A DNA stretch of 64,000 bases from Chiloscyllium plagiosum (Eukaryota). Below, one piece after another: positions 53,185-64,000 of this stretch. The notes below the pieces were generated by a model. It searched no databases. It saw nothing but the letters and a program-made list of their open reading frames with translations, and was not told the origin of the DNA. The translations under genes and the position numbers were made by a program. The stretch spans positions 8,399,286 through 8,463,285 of the forward strand of contig NC_057755.1 in NCBI RefSeq assembly GCF_004010195.1, in the 5' to 3' direction. The number at the start of each line of letters is the position of its first letter. Within the stretch, counting starts at the first letter, position 1.

Positions 53185-54048
53185 ACACTAGCCGACATAG
53201 CCTTCATTTTTCTCTCATCCATGCGCTATCCAAGAGTGGCTTGCAAGTCTCTAATGTATCTGAATCTGCTACCACTGCTGGCAGTGCATTCAACACACGC
53301 ACCACTCTGTGAAAAAACAAACTACCTCTGATATCTCTGCAAGTCCTTCCTCCAACCCCCTTAAAACTATGCCCCTTTGTGAAACCATTTCTGCCCTGGG
53401 AAAATGTCTCTAGCTATCCACTTTATCTATACCTCTTATTATTCCGTACACCTCTATCAAATCACCCCTTATCCTTCTTCACTCCGATGAGAAAAGCCCT
53501 AGCTTCCTCAACGTTTTTATTTCATAAGACATGCCCTCCAGTCCAGGCAACATCCTGGTAAATCTCTTTTGCACCCTCTGTAAAGCTTCCAAGTCCTTTC
53601 TACAATGAGGTGTCCAGAACTGAACACAATATTCAAAGTGTGGCCTAACTAGGGGTTTCTCGAGCTGCAGCATAAACTCGCGGTTCTTAAACTCAACCCC
53701 CTGCTGATGAGAGCTAACACACCGTCTTAACAACCCAATTACCTTTGGTGGCAACTTTGAGGGATCTATGGACGTGGACCCCCAAGATCTCCCTATTCCT
53801 CCACTTTGCCAACAGTTTTGTATTTAACCCTGTAATCTGCATTCAAATTCGAACTTCGAAAATGAATGATTTCGCACTTTTCCAGCTTGAATTCCATCTG
53901 CTATTTCTCAGCTCAGCTCTGAATCCTGTCAATATCTGGTTGCAAACTACAGCAGCCCTCCACACTATTCACCACTACACCAAACTTCGTTGGCAAATTT
54001 AGTACACAATCCCTCCGCTTACTCATTCAAGTCATTTATAAAAATCAC
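53185..54048 (-). mobile_element. CR1-like LINE 3' portion
   Basis: LVRPHFEYCVQFWTP...VQKRFTRMLPGL. Confidence 0.9.
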
Positions 54049-54819
54049 ATGTTGATACTTATATTGATGCATACATGTGTTCATGTGTGTGAATGGTTGT
54101 ATAGGTGCCTGTGGACCAGCTCTGCCTGCGATGGGAATCACATTGTCCGAAAAGACAGTTAAACGAATAAATTAAAATGTGGTGAATCAAGGGCTCAGAC
54201 TCTCTCTCTCTCTCTCTCTGCCTGTCCTTTTTGTATTTTAAGTGATACAATTCCATCCACTACTGGACTCCCCAAGCCACTGCACAAGCATCAGATTGAT
54301 TTTGGAGAAAACATCAAAGCCTGTGAATGGCTCATTTTGTGCATTGGTTTATTTCTTCAAAGAATACCTTTGGACACTCAGAATCATTTTGCCCTATCCC
54401 TTGCGATGTTGTCCATGAGATATGAGGAGGAAGAGGTGAACATGCTCAGTGCTGGTCTCATCCCCTTGACCTTGAAATCCTTTCTCACTTCGAATTTGTG
54501 AGAGCACATCAGAAAACATTGTAAGCTGCAGAAAGTGATGTAAAACTTACCCTTCCTCCCACAAAATGGCTCACTCGAATGTACCTGTAGAGAATATCAA
54601 TGGAAATACTGCATTTGATGCGTATAATATTAGAAATACTGCTCAAAGACAAACTCCATTTTGCAGATGAAGCAAATGCGAGCATGTTCCACACTGATGG
54701 ATCTCATCCCAAATGCAACTGCCTCCACACCAGACGTGTGTATGTGAGTGTGTGTGTCTGTGTTTGGATGGTGCTGTTAGTTTGGATTATGCTGTAAGTT
54801 GCTGCTCTCTCTCCCTCTC

Positions 54820-57300
54820 GCTGACTGAATTCCTTGAGAGTTTGAATCCTCCTCTACATCACATGCAGAGGCCTGGTTACGACAGCAGAGGGCTGCATTG
54901 TACCACTTTTAACAGCAGCCAGATTTCTTGCATTTTATTGCATCTGCAATCGATGATAGGAAATAGCTGTTTACGGGTTGCATTAATTTAGCTGCCCAGT
55001 GGAATTTGTAAGCTTGATATTAAAAAATAGTGAGCCCGGTATAGTTATCGTTAATAAGTTTCATTTGTTCATTGTGTAAAGAATTCATGCAACTAGATAT
55101 TTTCCTGAATTGGAACTGTATTGCCGTTCCTTCACTGCTGCTGGATCAAAATCCTGGATTTTTTTTTCCCTCAGGGCATTGTTGACTGCAGTGGATCAAG
55201 ACGTCAGCGAACCACCACCTTCTCAAGGGGCAACAGGGGATTGGTAATAAATGCTGACCCAGCCAGCGATGCCCATATCGCACAAGTGAATACCTTTAAA
55301 AGATTATTTCATGCTCTGGAATCAATATGACACTTCTGTGGGTCCACTGAGGAGTTTTACTTATTTATAACACGAGGAATCCATGTAACCAGGTATTTTT
55401 ATTGCAATGCTGATCTTTGTTCTGAAAACAGACAATGTTGCTGCGTAAATAAGTGTGTTTGTGCAACAACTTAGGTTCCGCAGCATGTAACCAACTCTCC
55501 TGAAGTGATACACAAAACTCGAGTAATCGTGAGGATTGATTCCTTGAATGAAATAATATAAGACATTTACAACATAGATTAACCACAGATGGATGAAACA
55601 CACAGAGGTCGTAACAACCACAATCACAGCTATTCCTCTGCTCTCCATCTTTGTGTCTCTGCGATACTCTCCTTTGCTCTCATCCTTCAGCCTCTTCCAG
55701 ACTTGACTGATCACTAAAATGTGTGAGTATTTGGACTGTTCCGATATTTCCACTTTAAATTTATACATCTGTACATTACAAAACTCTTGGCATACAGGGA
55801 TCAGGACAGCAAGCTGTCAAGATTTGATTTCACTAGCCAAATACGGGGAGGAGGAGAGAATTTCCTGGAAGGATGATAGTTAGACTACGTTTTACAAAGC
55901 AAAATGGGGCACACATCCCTTAGTTTCTTTGATGCGCAAAAGATGTACCACCTCAGATATAAAATTCAAAACTGATCCAGCATCCACTATTATTTGCGAA
56001 AATCGTTTCCAACGATTTACCATCCTTTGTATGTCAAAGTGTTTCCCAAGCTGGAACACTCTGACAGGAATTCTCTGACGACGTTCCCTCATTCTAGAAT
56101 CCCTACCCAATGAGAATAGTTTATGATTTCCAATATTTTTCGTTAATATCATAGGAATTTTCTCAGATCACCCTTGACATTCTAATTCTAGAGCGAGGAG
56201 GCTTCATTTGTGTAACACAACAAAAATTGTTGGAGAAACTGAGCAGGGCTGGTAGAATCTCTGGAGCAAAAGCAGATTAAAACCTCCGAGTTCAATGACT
56301 CTTCTTCAGACCTGATTTGCATGACCTCTCTTTACATCCGCAAACCACATGAAACCAGATGACAGAACACTGAGATCAGAAAATGCTGCAGCAGCAGTGA
56401 AGTTGGGAATATCTGTCAGTGGAGAATTGTACCGAGAATGCTGCTCAGTGAATGGCTATCACTGCCCTGGTGCCTGGATAAGGATGACCAGTCAGTGAGC
56501 TGGAGATGTTATTGTTCAAAGATAAAACCAGAGAACAGATCAGCAGCAAATTAAAACACGTTCAATTATTATAAAGACATACCATGGATGCCAATGAAAG
56601 CAAGGATGACGTGAAACACCTTCTCTACTTATTGAATTGGTCGGTGTATATCTACGTGTGAGGTGATCTGTCCCTTCAAGCAGCTGACCAGCTCTTCATT
56701 TGAAACTCAGAGCTGCTGACATATACTATATGGGAAGCTCCTTGGAGAGATCAAGGTTACAACATTGCTCGGCTTTATTCCAGGTTTTCAAATTTCTGTA
56801 AATGAACAAATTAATTATAATAATAAGTTTGATGTCAGTTATGAAGGAGTGTGGCTGCTCGTACACCCTAATGAAATAAAAAAATCATAATCTGGAATCT
56901 GTCAACAATAACACTGCCCACTCAAATATTTCCAAGGTCACAAAATATTTCAACCGATGCTGCATCGAGTAAGGTTATTCCAAGTGTGAAAATATGTCTC
57001 AGAGTTTTCCTTCTGCACTCTATGTTAGGAGCTGCCCTCTTTAATAAGAACATTTCGTTCTCTGATTGAAGTATGAACCTTCTCAGGCACTGCATGTGTG
57101 CATTCCTTCTGAGATCATCATTTATCCCCCATCTCCAAGACCTGGAGTCACATGAATCATCAAGGGAGGAAAACATACTGCCGTTCCTGAGGGAAGGAGA
57201 CCAAGTGAAAAAGGTGGAATTCCAACAATAGATGCATCAGTGCCCTCATTGTATTGCCACTGTCCAGCCAGTTACATCACTGACTTCCCTGATGTTCTCA
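54820..57300 (-). repeat. Right arm of ~2.5 kb inverted duplication
   Basis: Reverse complement of 46136-48606. Confidence 0.97.
55358..56649 (-). pseudogene. GPR139-like GPCR pseudogene (copy E)
   Basis: Mirror of copy C with the same lesions; exon 1 at 56583-56649. Confidence 0.9.
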
Positions 57301-57334
57301 CTGTCCTTCTCGATACATCACTGGCCTCGCCAGT

Positions 57335-57650
57335 ATTCAAAGAATTAAAGAATCCCTGCATCGTGAATGAAGGTAATTCAACCAATTGACTTCTGACCAG
57401 CCCTCCCATGAGCATCCCACACAGACCCATCCCTCTCCTCTGTCCCCATGCCTCACACAACAAATCCAGGTAGCAAATGCCTCCCTAGACATTATGAACA
57501 ATTTATTATCCACCCAACCTGCACGTCTTTACTGTGAGAAGGAACTGAAGCACCAAGTGGAAACCCAGGTAGACTCCACAGGCACACTCGCCTGAGGGTA
57601 GAATCGAACCCGAGTCCCTGGTGCTGTGAGGCAGCTGTGCTAATACGCAG
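57335..57650 (-). mobile_element. HE1-like SINE, diverged
   Basis: GAATCGAACCCGAGTCCCTGGTGCTGTGAGGCAGC is the tRNA-like head on the minus strand. Confidence 0.7.
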
Positions 57651-58099
57651 TCACTGTCCACCTGAATATATCATTTACCTCCCATTTATTGTCCCTGCCA
57701 ATCCAGATTCATCAGTAAACATAGAATACATCCTTGTCACCACCTGCCATGGCTGGATTTGAACTCATATCTCCAGGCACTTAACCTGGCCACGGTGTAA
57801 TATTAACTCCGCGACCTTACATACCACTATTCCACTCCCTGCATGTATGAAAGGCCATTTCAAATAACTGGAATAAATCTGGGTGATTTCAATACAACTG
57901 ATCAATGGAACAACCATTTGACAATATCAAAGGCAGACACAATAGTACTTAGAATAACTCTCCTTGGGGGTGATATTTTTCTTGATTCATTGGTCAGCAT
58001 TCAGTTCATAATATTGCTCTGTTAAATAATGGTCCAACGAATGGCAATTTTAATGTTTTTGAAAATTGTTATTCCAGAAAGATTGTCAGAAACACAAAG

Positions 58100-59955
58100 A
58101 ATAACTTCACAAAAGGAATGAGGGAATTTGAATCACAGCAGAGAAGTAAAGAATTCCGACATTTCCACTGAGTGCAAGACACACCCAAGTACAAATTATT
58201 GCTTTATTGGGTGAGCAGGAACAAGTAGACAATGCACTAAATAGCAGGGCAAAGTGAGGACGGCAGAGGATGGAGATCAGACTCTTAACGTGGTGCTGGA
58301 AAAGCATATTTCATATTTCTGGAAAAGAGCATTCTTGATGAAGAGGTTATGCTCGAAACATCGAATCTCATGCTCCTCGGATGCTGTCTGACCAGCTGTG
58401 CTTTTCCAGCACCACACTTTTTGAGTATGGCAGATGAAGAATTCTGGAGTAATGCTGAAAAGTATCATCCAGTCGAAATAACATTAGATTGTTTAGTGAG
58501 AAAACATAGCGAAGAGACAGGAGTCTCTGGGACTACCCTCATCATGGGAGCCCCGGGTTTTGGAGATGGTACAGAAAGCTATCCATGTTTGGGCAGCAGA
58601 CGAAATGTACCAAAAGATTGATGCGATCTTTCCATTTAAAGTTCAGCAAATGAATTCCATCGATGGAGAATCTGGTTAAGTGAAGTGATACGATATTTCT
58701 TCTCCATTTGACAAACTGATCATAGTTTTTTCTTTGTGGATACAGCCAGAAAAATAATATTGTTCATACTTGATGACTGAGATCTTTTCCATAAAACTAC
58801 AGATTTCATCGATGCGCTGAACAGCAATGATTGTGAATCTCAGAGTTTACGCCTTAAACATTTGTGTGAAATATCCCACATTGTGTGCTGTCTTATAAAA
58901 GGGCAATTGCTGAAAGGCTGCTCAGTGTTGGGAACAAGTTCTCCATGGAAACTGCAGACTCTTGGAAATGTCCGATTAAATCCAGTTGTCAAAATCCTTG
59001 GGGGTTCAATGCAAAGAGAAGGAAACAATACTTTCTTCACTGCTCTGCAGCTGGACAGTTTGCTTCAGATAATATTGACCAGAATGACATGTTATACACC
59101 ATGTGCCATAATCCTCGCTTCTGCTCGGTTCTGTGTTCAATAGTGGAAGCCCAGCAGAAAGAATGAGCCCAGATGTCAGCAGTCACAACCGATACAAGGA
59201 TGCTCCTCACTTACCTCACTTGTCTTTTGTAGAAATGTTATTATTAAATTGTCATTGTTCATGTGATGCTTCTGAAATTGGGTATTTTGGCCTACGGGGC
59301 AATTTGCACCAAAGCCATTGTATTTAAAGGAGGCTAATTTAAACAGCACAAGCTCCCTTTTTCCAATTGCATCTCTCCGTGTATGATGGAAATTCATACC
59401 AATGATGATGTTGACTACGTGTTCACTCACTCCATTTTGAATGATTTTGTCGAAGCCCTCTGGAAATCTCAAAGTACATCAGCAGACTGAGTGAGAAAGA
59501 CAATTATGGAATGGCACAACTGCCCCAACAACTGATTTAAGTTTGTTTCACGTTTACTCATTGTACTTTCATCACCAAATGAAATGAAACACGTTGGGTT
59601 TTACTGAGGGGAAACTACATTCCACAACAGCCCTGAACGGATCAGACTGTTAGAGACAGAGGCTAATTTTCCAATGTTAAAGATACCAAGGAATAATAGA
59701 AGAAAAAAAGAACTGATCAAGTTGAACGGTGGAGTAAGGTCAGGTGATGAATGACCTCCTGCTGCTTTTAATTCCTTGTTTCGCACGTCTCCAAATGAAG
59801 CAGTATCAAGCATACCCGAAGTGCTCACCGGATAAGGTGTAGCAGAGAGTGTGCTCAATAAACAGAGTGTAAAGGTTATTCCTGCAGTGGCAGTGATAAT
59901 CCGCAGTATCGGAAAAAGATGGTAGTTTAAATCTCTCAACTTGGAATACTTCAGG
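58100..59955 (+). pseudogene. NLR (NACHT-LRR, NLRC3/NLR-C-like) pseudogene, large NACHT exon
   Basis: Walker A remnant TTLIMGAPGFG, MVQKAIHVWA, Walker B ILFILDD, IVCCLIKGQLLKGCSVLGTSSP, KILGF...RKQYF, MLYTMCHNPRFC and YVFTHSILNDF. Many frameshifts; Penelope tail inserted at ~58255-58425. Confidence 0.88.
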
Positions 59956-61964
59956 TAGGAATTTCAACATGGTATTTCCTTACAATACTCAGGGGCTATT
60001 GCCTGGTCAGGGAATTAAAAAGATTAAAATAAATGGAAGTAAAAAGAAAATATGAATAACTGATGCGAAGGTTTAAAAAAAAACAAATTGTACTAAGACT
60101 GAACTGTGTATTTGTTTACAGTGGGACAGTGAGTCTTGAGTAACAACATCCCCAGTCTCCGATTGCATCTCAAATGCATTGGATAGTGGTATGTATGCAA
60201 ACGAGCGATGTTCGGGCAATTAATTCCAAACTCTCGGTTAACATCAGTGCACGGTGTATTTGTCCGGAGTATCTGCTCACTGTGGGGCTGAAACAATTGC
60301 TACTCAGTTTGTCATGTTCAATGGCAGCAGCTATAATCTGTCCCTACATTCAGACAGAGAACGTAGTTGCAATAATTGCAATAAAGTCTAAGGAGCATTA
60401 ATTTGGAAATTGCAACCAAAAAAGCTTATTAGAGATATCTGAGTTAATGGAGGATAGACACAGCAGATAAATCACTCCAAGCTAATTTACTGCCTTTATT
60501 TTGATGTGTCTCCTTTGGGTAGAAAAGAAAGGTTTTCAGAACAGAAAACTACAGTTCCTGGATATATTGTTTTCTGAACTAAAGAAACTCCAAGGATCTA
60601 TCGTGAACCACTATTCTTCAGATCTCGACTTACGAAATCTGTCATTGATGCAACGAGTGGAGGTTGAGAGATACAAATTCACCACAATAGGCTGTCAGGT
60701 AACCTATCAGCCCATCATCAAAATACTATACTGGGACAACAGAAGTGAGATCCAGCATCCACACAACCTTCAGAGTGGCGAATCCACTTGAGCGAGCAAT
60801 TGGCAAACATATGTTGATTTTGAACATCGTAAACGGATGCATTGAGAAACCAGCAATGATATATTGAATACTTACAAGTATGGAGGGAGATAGCAAGTGA
60901 GGGAAATCTGTTTTGCTGAATTTGCCTTTGGCAAGAGTGTGCGTGTGGGTTGCTACCTTGTAGCAATTGATGCCTGGCAGTTAAATAATATACATTTTTT
61001 ATTAATTTTTGATTGCGTTAAAATTATGCTAATACATTTGTTTTGTTTGTATCGAATCATGGAACACAGTGCTTTACATTTGTCTTTAAATATGATAAAC
61101 AGTAGGGTCCAGGCTATCACCTTCACATATGTAAAGGGGGGTTGATCTGGCCCATGTTGGCATTACAAACCAGCCAACTGAGCTGCTGACCCTCTCCGTC
61201 AGTGCACAGTACACGGGATACTGGACACATATTTGACTGTTGAGGTTTGGGTGTGAGAGTTAGAATGGTAATGGACTGGAGCTCACTGCTTTACGGGTAC
61301 AGTGGGAGTTGATGTGAGCTTGATAACAGAAAAGATGTCCTAACGAGAGCTGAGAATTAATTCTAATTTGCCCTGGCATGGTACTCTTGAGCTCTGGATG
61401 TGGAAGAGTGAATTGGATGTGGAAGGCAGCGAACTCCTTAGGAAAGATGAAATGCTATATGGATTGGCATTATCCATTCCTGACCAATGTGCATTCCAGA
61501 TTAAAGCTCTCCGTGAAAGGTTTTTGAGGAAATCTATAATAAAAGAAATTCGCTCAGTTCCTTTGCTGTTGGCTGATCCAAATAAACACAGATGGAACTT
61601 GAAAGGGGCATAATAAGGCAATTCATTCTGGGAAGTTAATTTACCTGAAAATCGTACCAGGCAAGAAATAAATTGCAACCCCGTCAAAATAAATAATGCT
61701 TTATCATCACAGGGTGTTAATGAATACAATCGAGATAAGCAAAACATTCTTTGTTGTTTCATAGAAAGTTTGCTCACACTGTGAAAGTTTAAACCCATGG
61801 TTCAAACAGACATAAGTCTTTCATAAGCCCAGCTAACAGAGGGATCACTGTGGCATATTGGCAGTGTTCCTACCTCTTAACCAGGTTCACACACCACCTC
61901 CTCGAGAGGCGTTTAGCAAAATCATTTAAAGGTTGTTTGAGGCAATTAAAAACCAAAGCACTGT

Positions 61965-62135
61965 TGATGCTCGGAATCAGAAATTGCTGGGGAAAACTCA
62001 TCAGGTCTGGCACCATCCGTGGAGACAACGTAGAGTTCAGAACTGTCCTGTGGAAGGGTCACTGGGCCAGAAACATTAACTTCTGCTTTCTCTCCACAGA
62101 TGCTGCCAAACCTGTTGAGTTTCACCAGCAATTTT
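61965..62135. mobile_element. Short Penelope-type terminal fragment with inverted copy
   Basis: AAATTGCTGGGGAAACTCA ... TGAGTTTCACCAGCAATTT inverted pair; related pieces at 47125-47225 and 63075-63180. Confidence 0.6.
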
Positions 62136-63239
62136 GGGTGGAGGGAACTATAGAACAGGTTGCGAACAAAGTTTAAATCACAGAGACAACTCACAGAATG
62201 CTGAGGCAGGGTATCAGCTGATCTGAGACGCGAGGTCATTCAGACAATTCAATGTAAAACTAAAGAATAAAGATGGTGTTGTAAAGTGGAAAGGAATTGA
62301 TAAGATTAAAAAGTCAAAAGGGCAAGTTTGTTGTTGTCACACACAGCAATCAAACTTAACTTTCACTAATTAAGGCCGTTCTTAATTAATAACAGGGTCC
62401 AGGACCTTGAACAGTTCTGAAGTAAACTCGGCACTTTGTACCTCAGATGCATGGCTGTGTTCTGATAAAAGCGTTATGGAACAGAATGTAGCTGATCATG
62501 GATTTTATAGTGGCAATGACTGTACACACGTAATCCACATGCCTGCGATATTACAGGCACAGACCAGGCTCCGGATGGTTACATTTGTAGCTGTCGACTT
62601 CCAAAATGTCAACCTAAGCCAAAAAGATTTATCCACTTTGGATCCCATTACACATATCTCCCAATATCGGAAAGTAGAGCTTTCCTATGAAACCTTACGG
62701 AAGCCGAAATGGCATAAAGCAAAGAAGCATTAATTTGTGTGGGAAAAATGGCACCTTTTTGTGGAAAAGCGAAAGTCCTCTTCGGATTTCATTCAGTTAA
62801 TGAAAACAATTAATAATGTAAGTCCTTAATAAAAGCAAAGTGGCATAAGGCTAAGTTTTGAAAATTGGGGGTACCTGTAATAAGAAAGCAGTCTGCTTAT
62901 TAATGGAAGTTACAAATTATAGAGAAGGAGCCATCAACCACGCACGGATATGGGTGTTTAGATCATAGACCATACATTGGACAGAATTGAGTTACCTAAT
63001 GGTGTTTCTAGAACTTTTTTCAAAAGGGGCTGGCTCACGAGGCAATTTTGAGCTGAAGAAACCTTCGATGGGAAACAAAAATAGAAATTGCTGAAAAAAA
63101 ACTCAGCAAGTCTGGCAGCATCTGTGGAGAGAGAAAGCAGAGTTAATTTTTTGGGTCCAGTCATGCGTCTTCAGAACAGAACCAACCTTAGATTAGACAT
63201 TAAACGCTAAGATATTGTCACACAATTCTGTGTGTGTGT

Positions 63240-63266
<27 letters not shown>
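63240..63266. repeat. Poly-G run (27 nt) after (TG)n
   Basis: Direct reading. Confidence 0.9.
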
Positions 63267-63270
<4 letters not shown>

Positions 63271-63445
63271 TTGCTCAGCCAGAGTGATGGCTTTTATTGT
63301 AAAGTAACACGGAAAGGGCAGGTTCAATTCGCACACTGGCTGAGGTGACCAGGAAGAATTCTCCTTCTCAAGTTAACCCATCACCTGAGGTATGGTGACC
63401 CTTAGTTTAAACCACCACCAATCATCTATCTCACTAATGAAAGTC
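63267..63445 (+). mobile_element. tRNA-derived SINE, diverged
   Basis: B-box-like GGTTCAATTC at ~63321 with no complete cloverleaf. Confidence 0.5.
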
Positions 63446-63684
63446 CATTAGAGACTTTCTTGGTTGCTTTGGAATATCAGCTCATTTTCTCCCTCTGCTT
63501 ATTTCCAGGGTTTCCTCTTTTCAATAATGATGGGATATGACCAGTGCTGCAGTGCACAATAATGTCTGTCATAGACATTAGATTGGCTGGATATGGAGTA
63601 GCTATTTACACAGATGATTAATAAATTGCGCTATAAAATGTTCTTACTCCAACAAATAAACTAGAACAACCCTTCTTATAACTT

Positions 63685-64000
63685 TGACAATCAAGGAGTG
63701 GGCTGGGTCGATCAAAGTTTACAAGATGTTAATCGGGATAGGTAAATAATAGGAAAATAAGATCGACAGGTAATTAATTATTAGCTTTGATCGGGGAATA
63801 CAGGAATCGAGATCGATTTTTTTACAGAGCAGAAAGACGGGCCAATTAATCACGCGAAGAGCAGTAGCTGTTTGGCATTCTGTTTGGAGAACGGGAATAG
63901 ATGCAGAAGATTTGTCGAGTTTTTAAGTAAGTGGTTGATGGATGGCTTTGAGTCCGACGTTCTCCTGGCTTTTCAGACAAAGGCAGCTTTTGGAAGTTAG
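63685..64000 (+). mobile_element. Highly diverged CR1-like LINE 3' end
   Basis: GATCAAAGTTTACAAGATGTTAA (IxVYKM) and downstream CR1-like motifs. Confidence 0.5.

Overview
Eukaryotic, repeat-rich DNA, very probably from an elasmobranch (shark). The evidence is HE1-type and Deu-domain SINEs, CR1/HER1-type LINEs and Penelope elements. The gene content is a birth-and-death cluster of GPR139/GPR142-like class A GPCRs. One copy is apparently intact, with two exons (18453-18519 + 20088-20989, 322 aa). Four are relics: 7550-8662 (-), an orphan exon 1 at 36989-37054 (-), and two copies in the arms of a ~2.5 kb inverted duplication (46136-48606 / 54820-57300). Two paralogous NACHT/NLR pseudogenes (15291-16005 - and ~58100-59955 +) each lie head-to-head with a GPCR copy. 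Mobile DNA includes a full-length but decayed Gmr1-like Gypsy element (27006-33964; integrase before RT, SCAN-like gag), a nested LTR-in-LTR insertion at 0.3-4.1 kb, many CR1 fragments, and Penelope pieces with degenerate hammerhead-ribozyme motifs. All alignments were done by eye and family names come from recalled motifs. Repeat boundaries are approximate unless a junction sequence is quoted.
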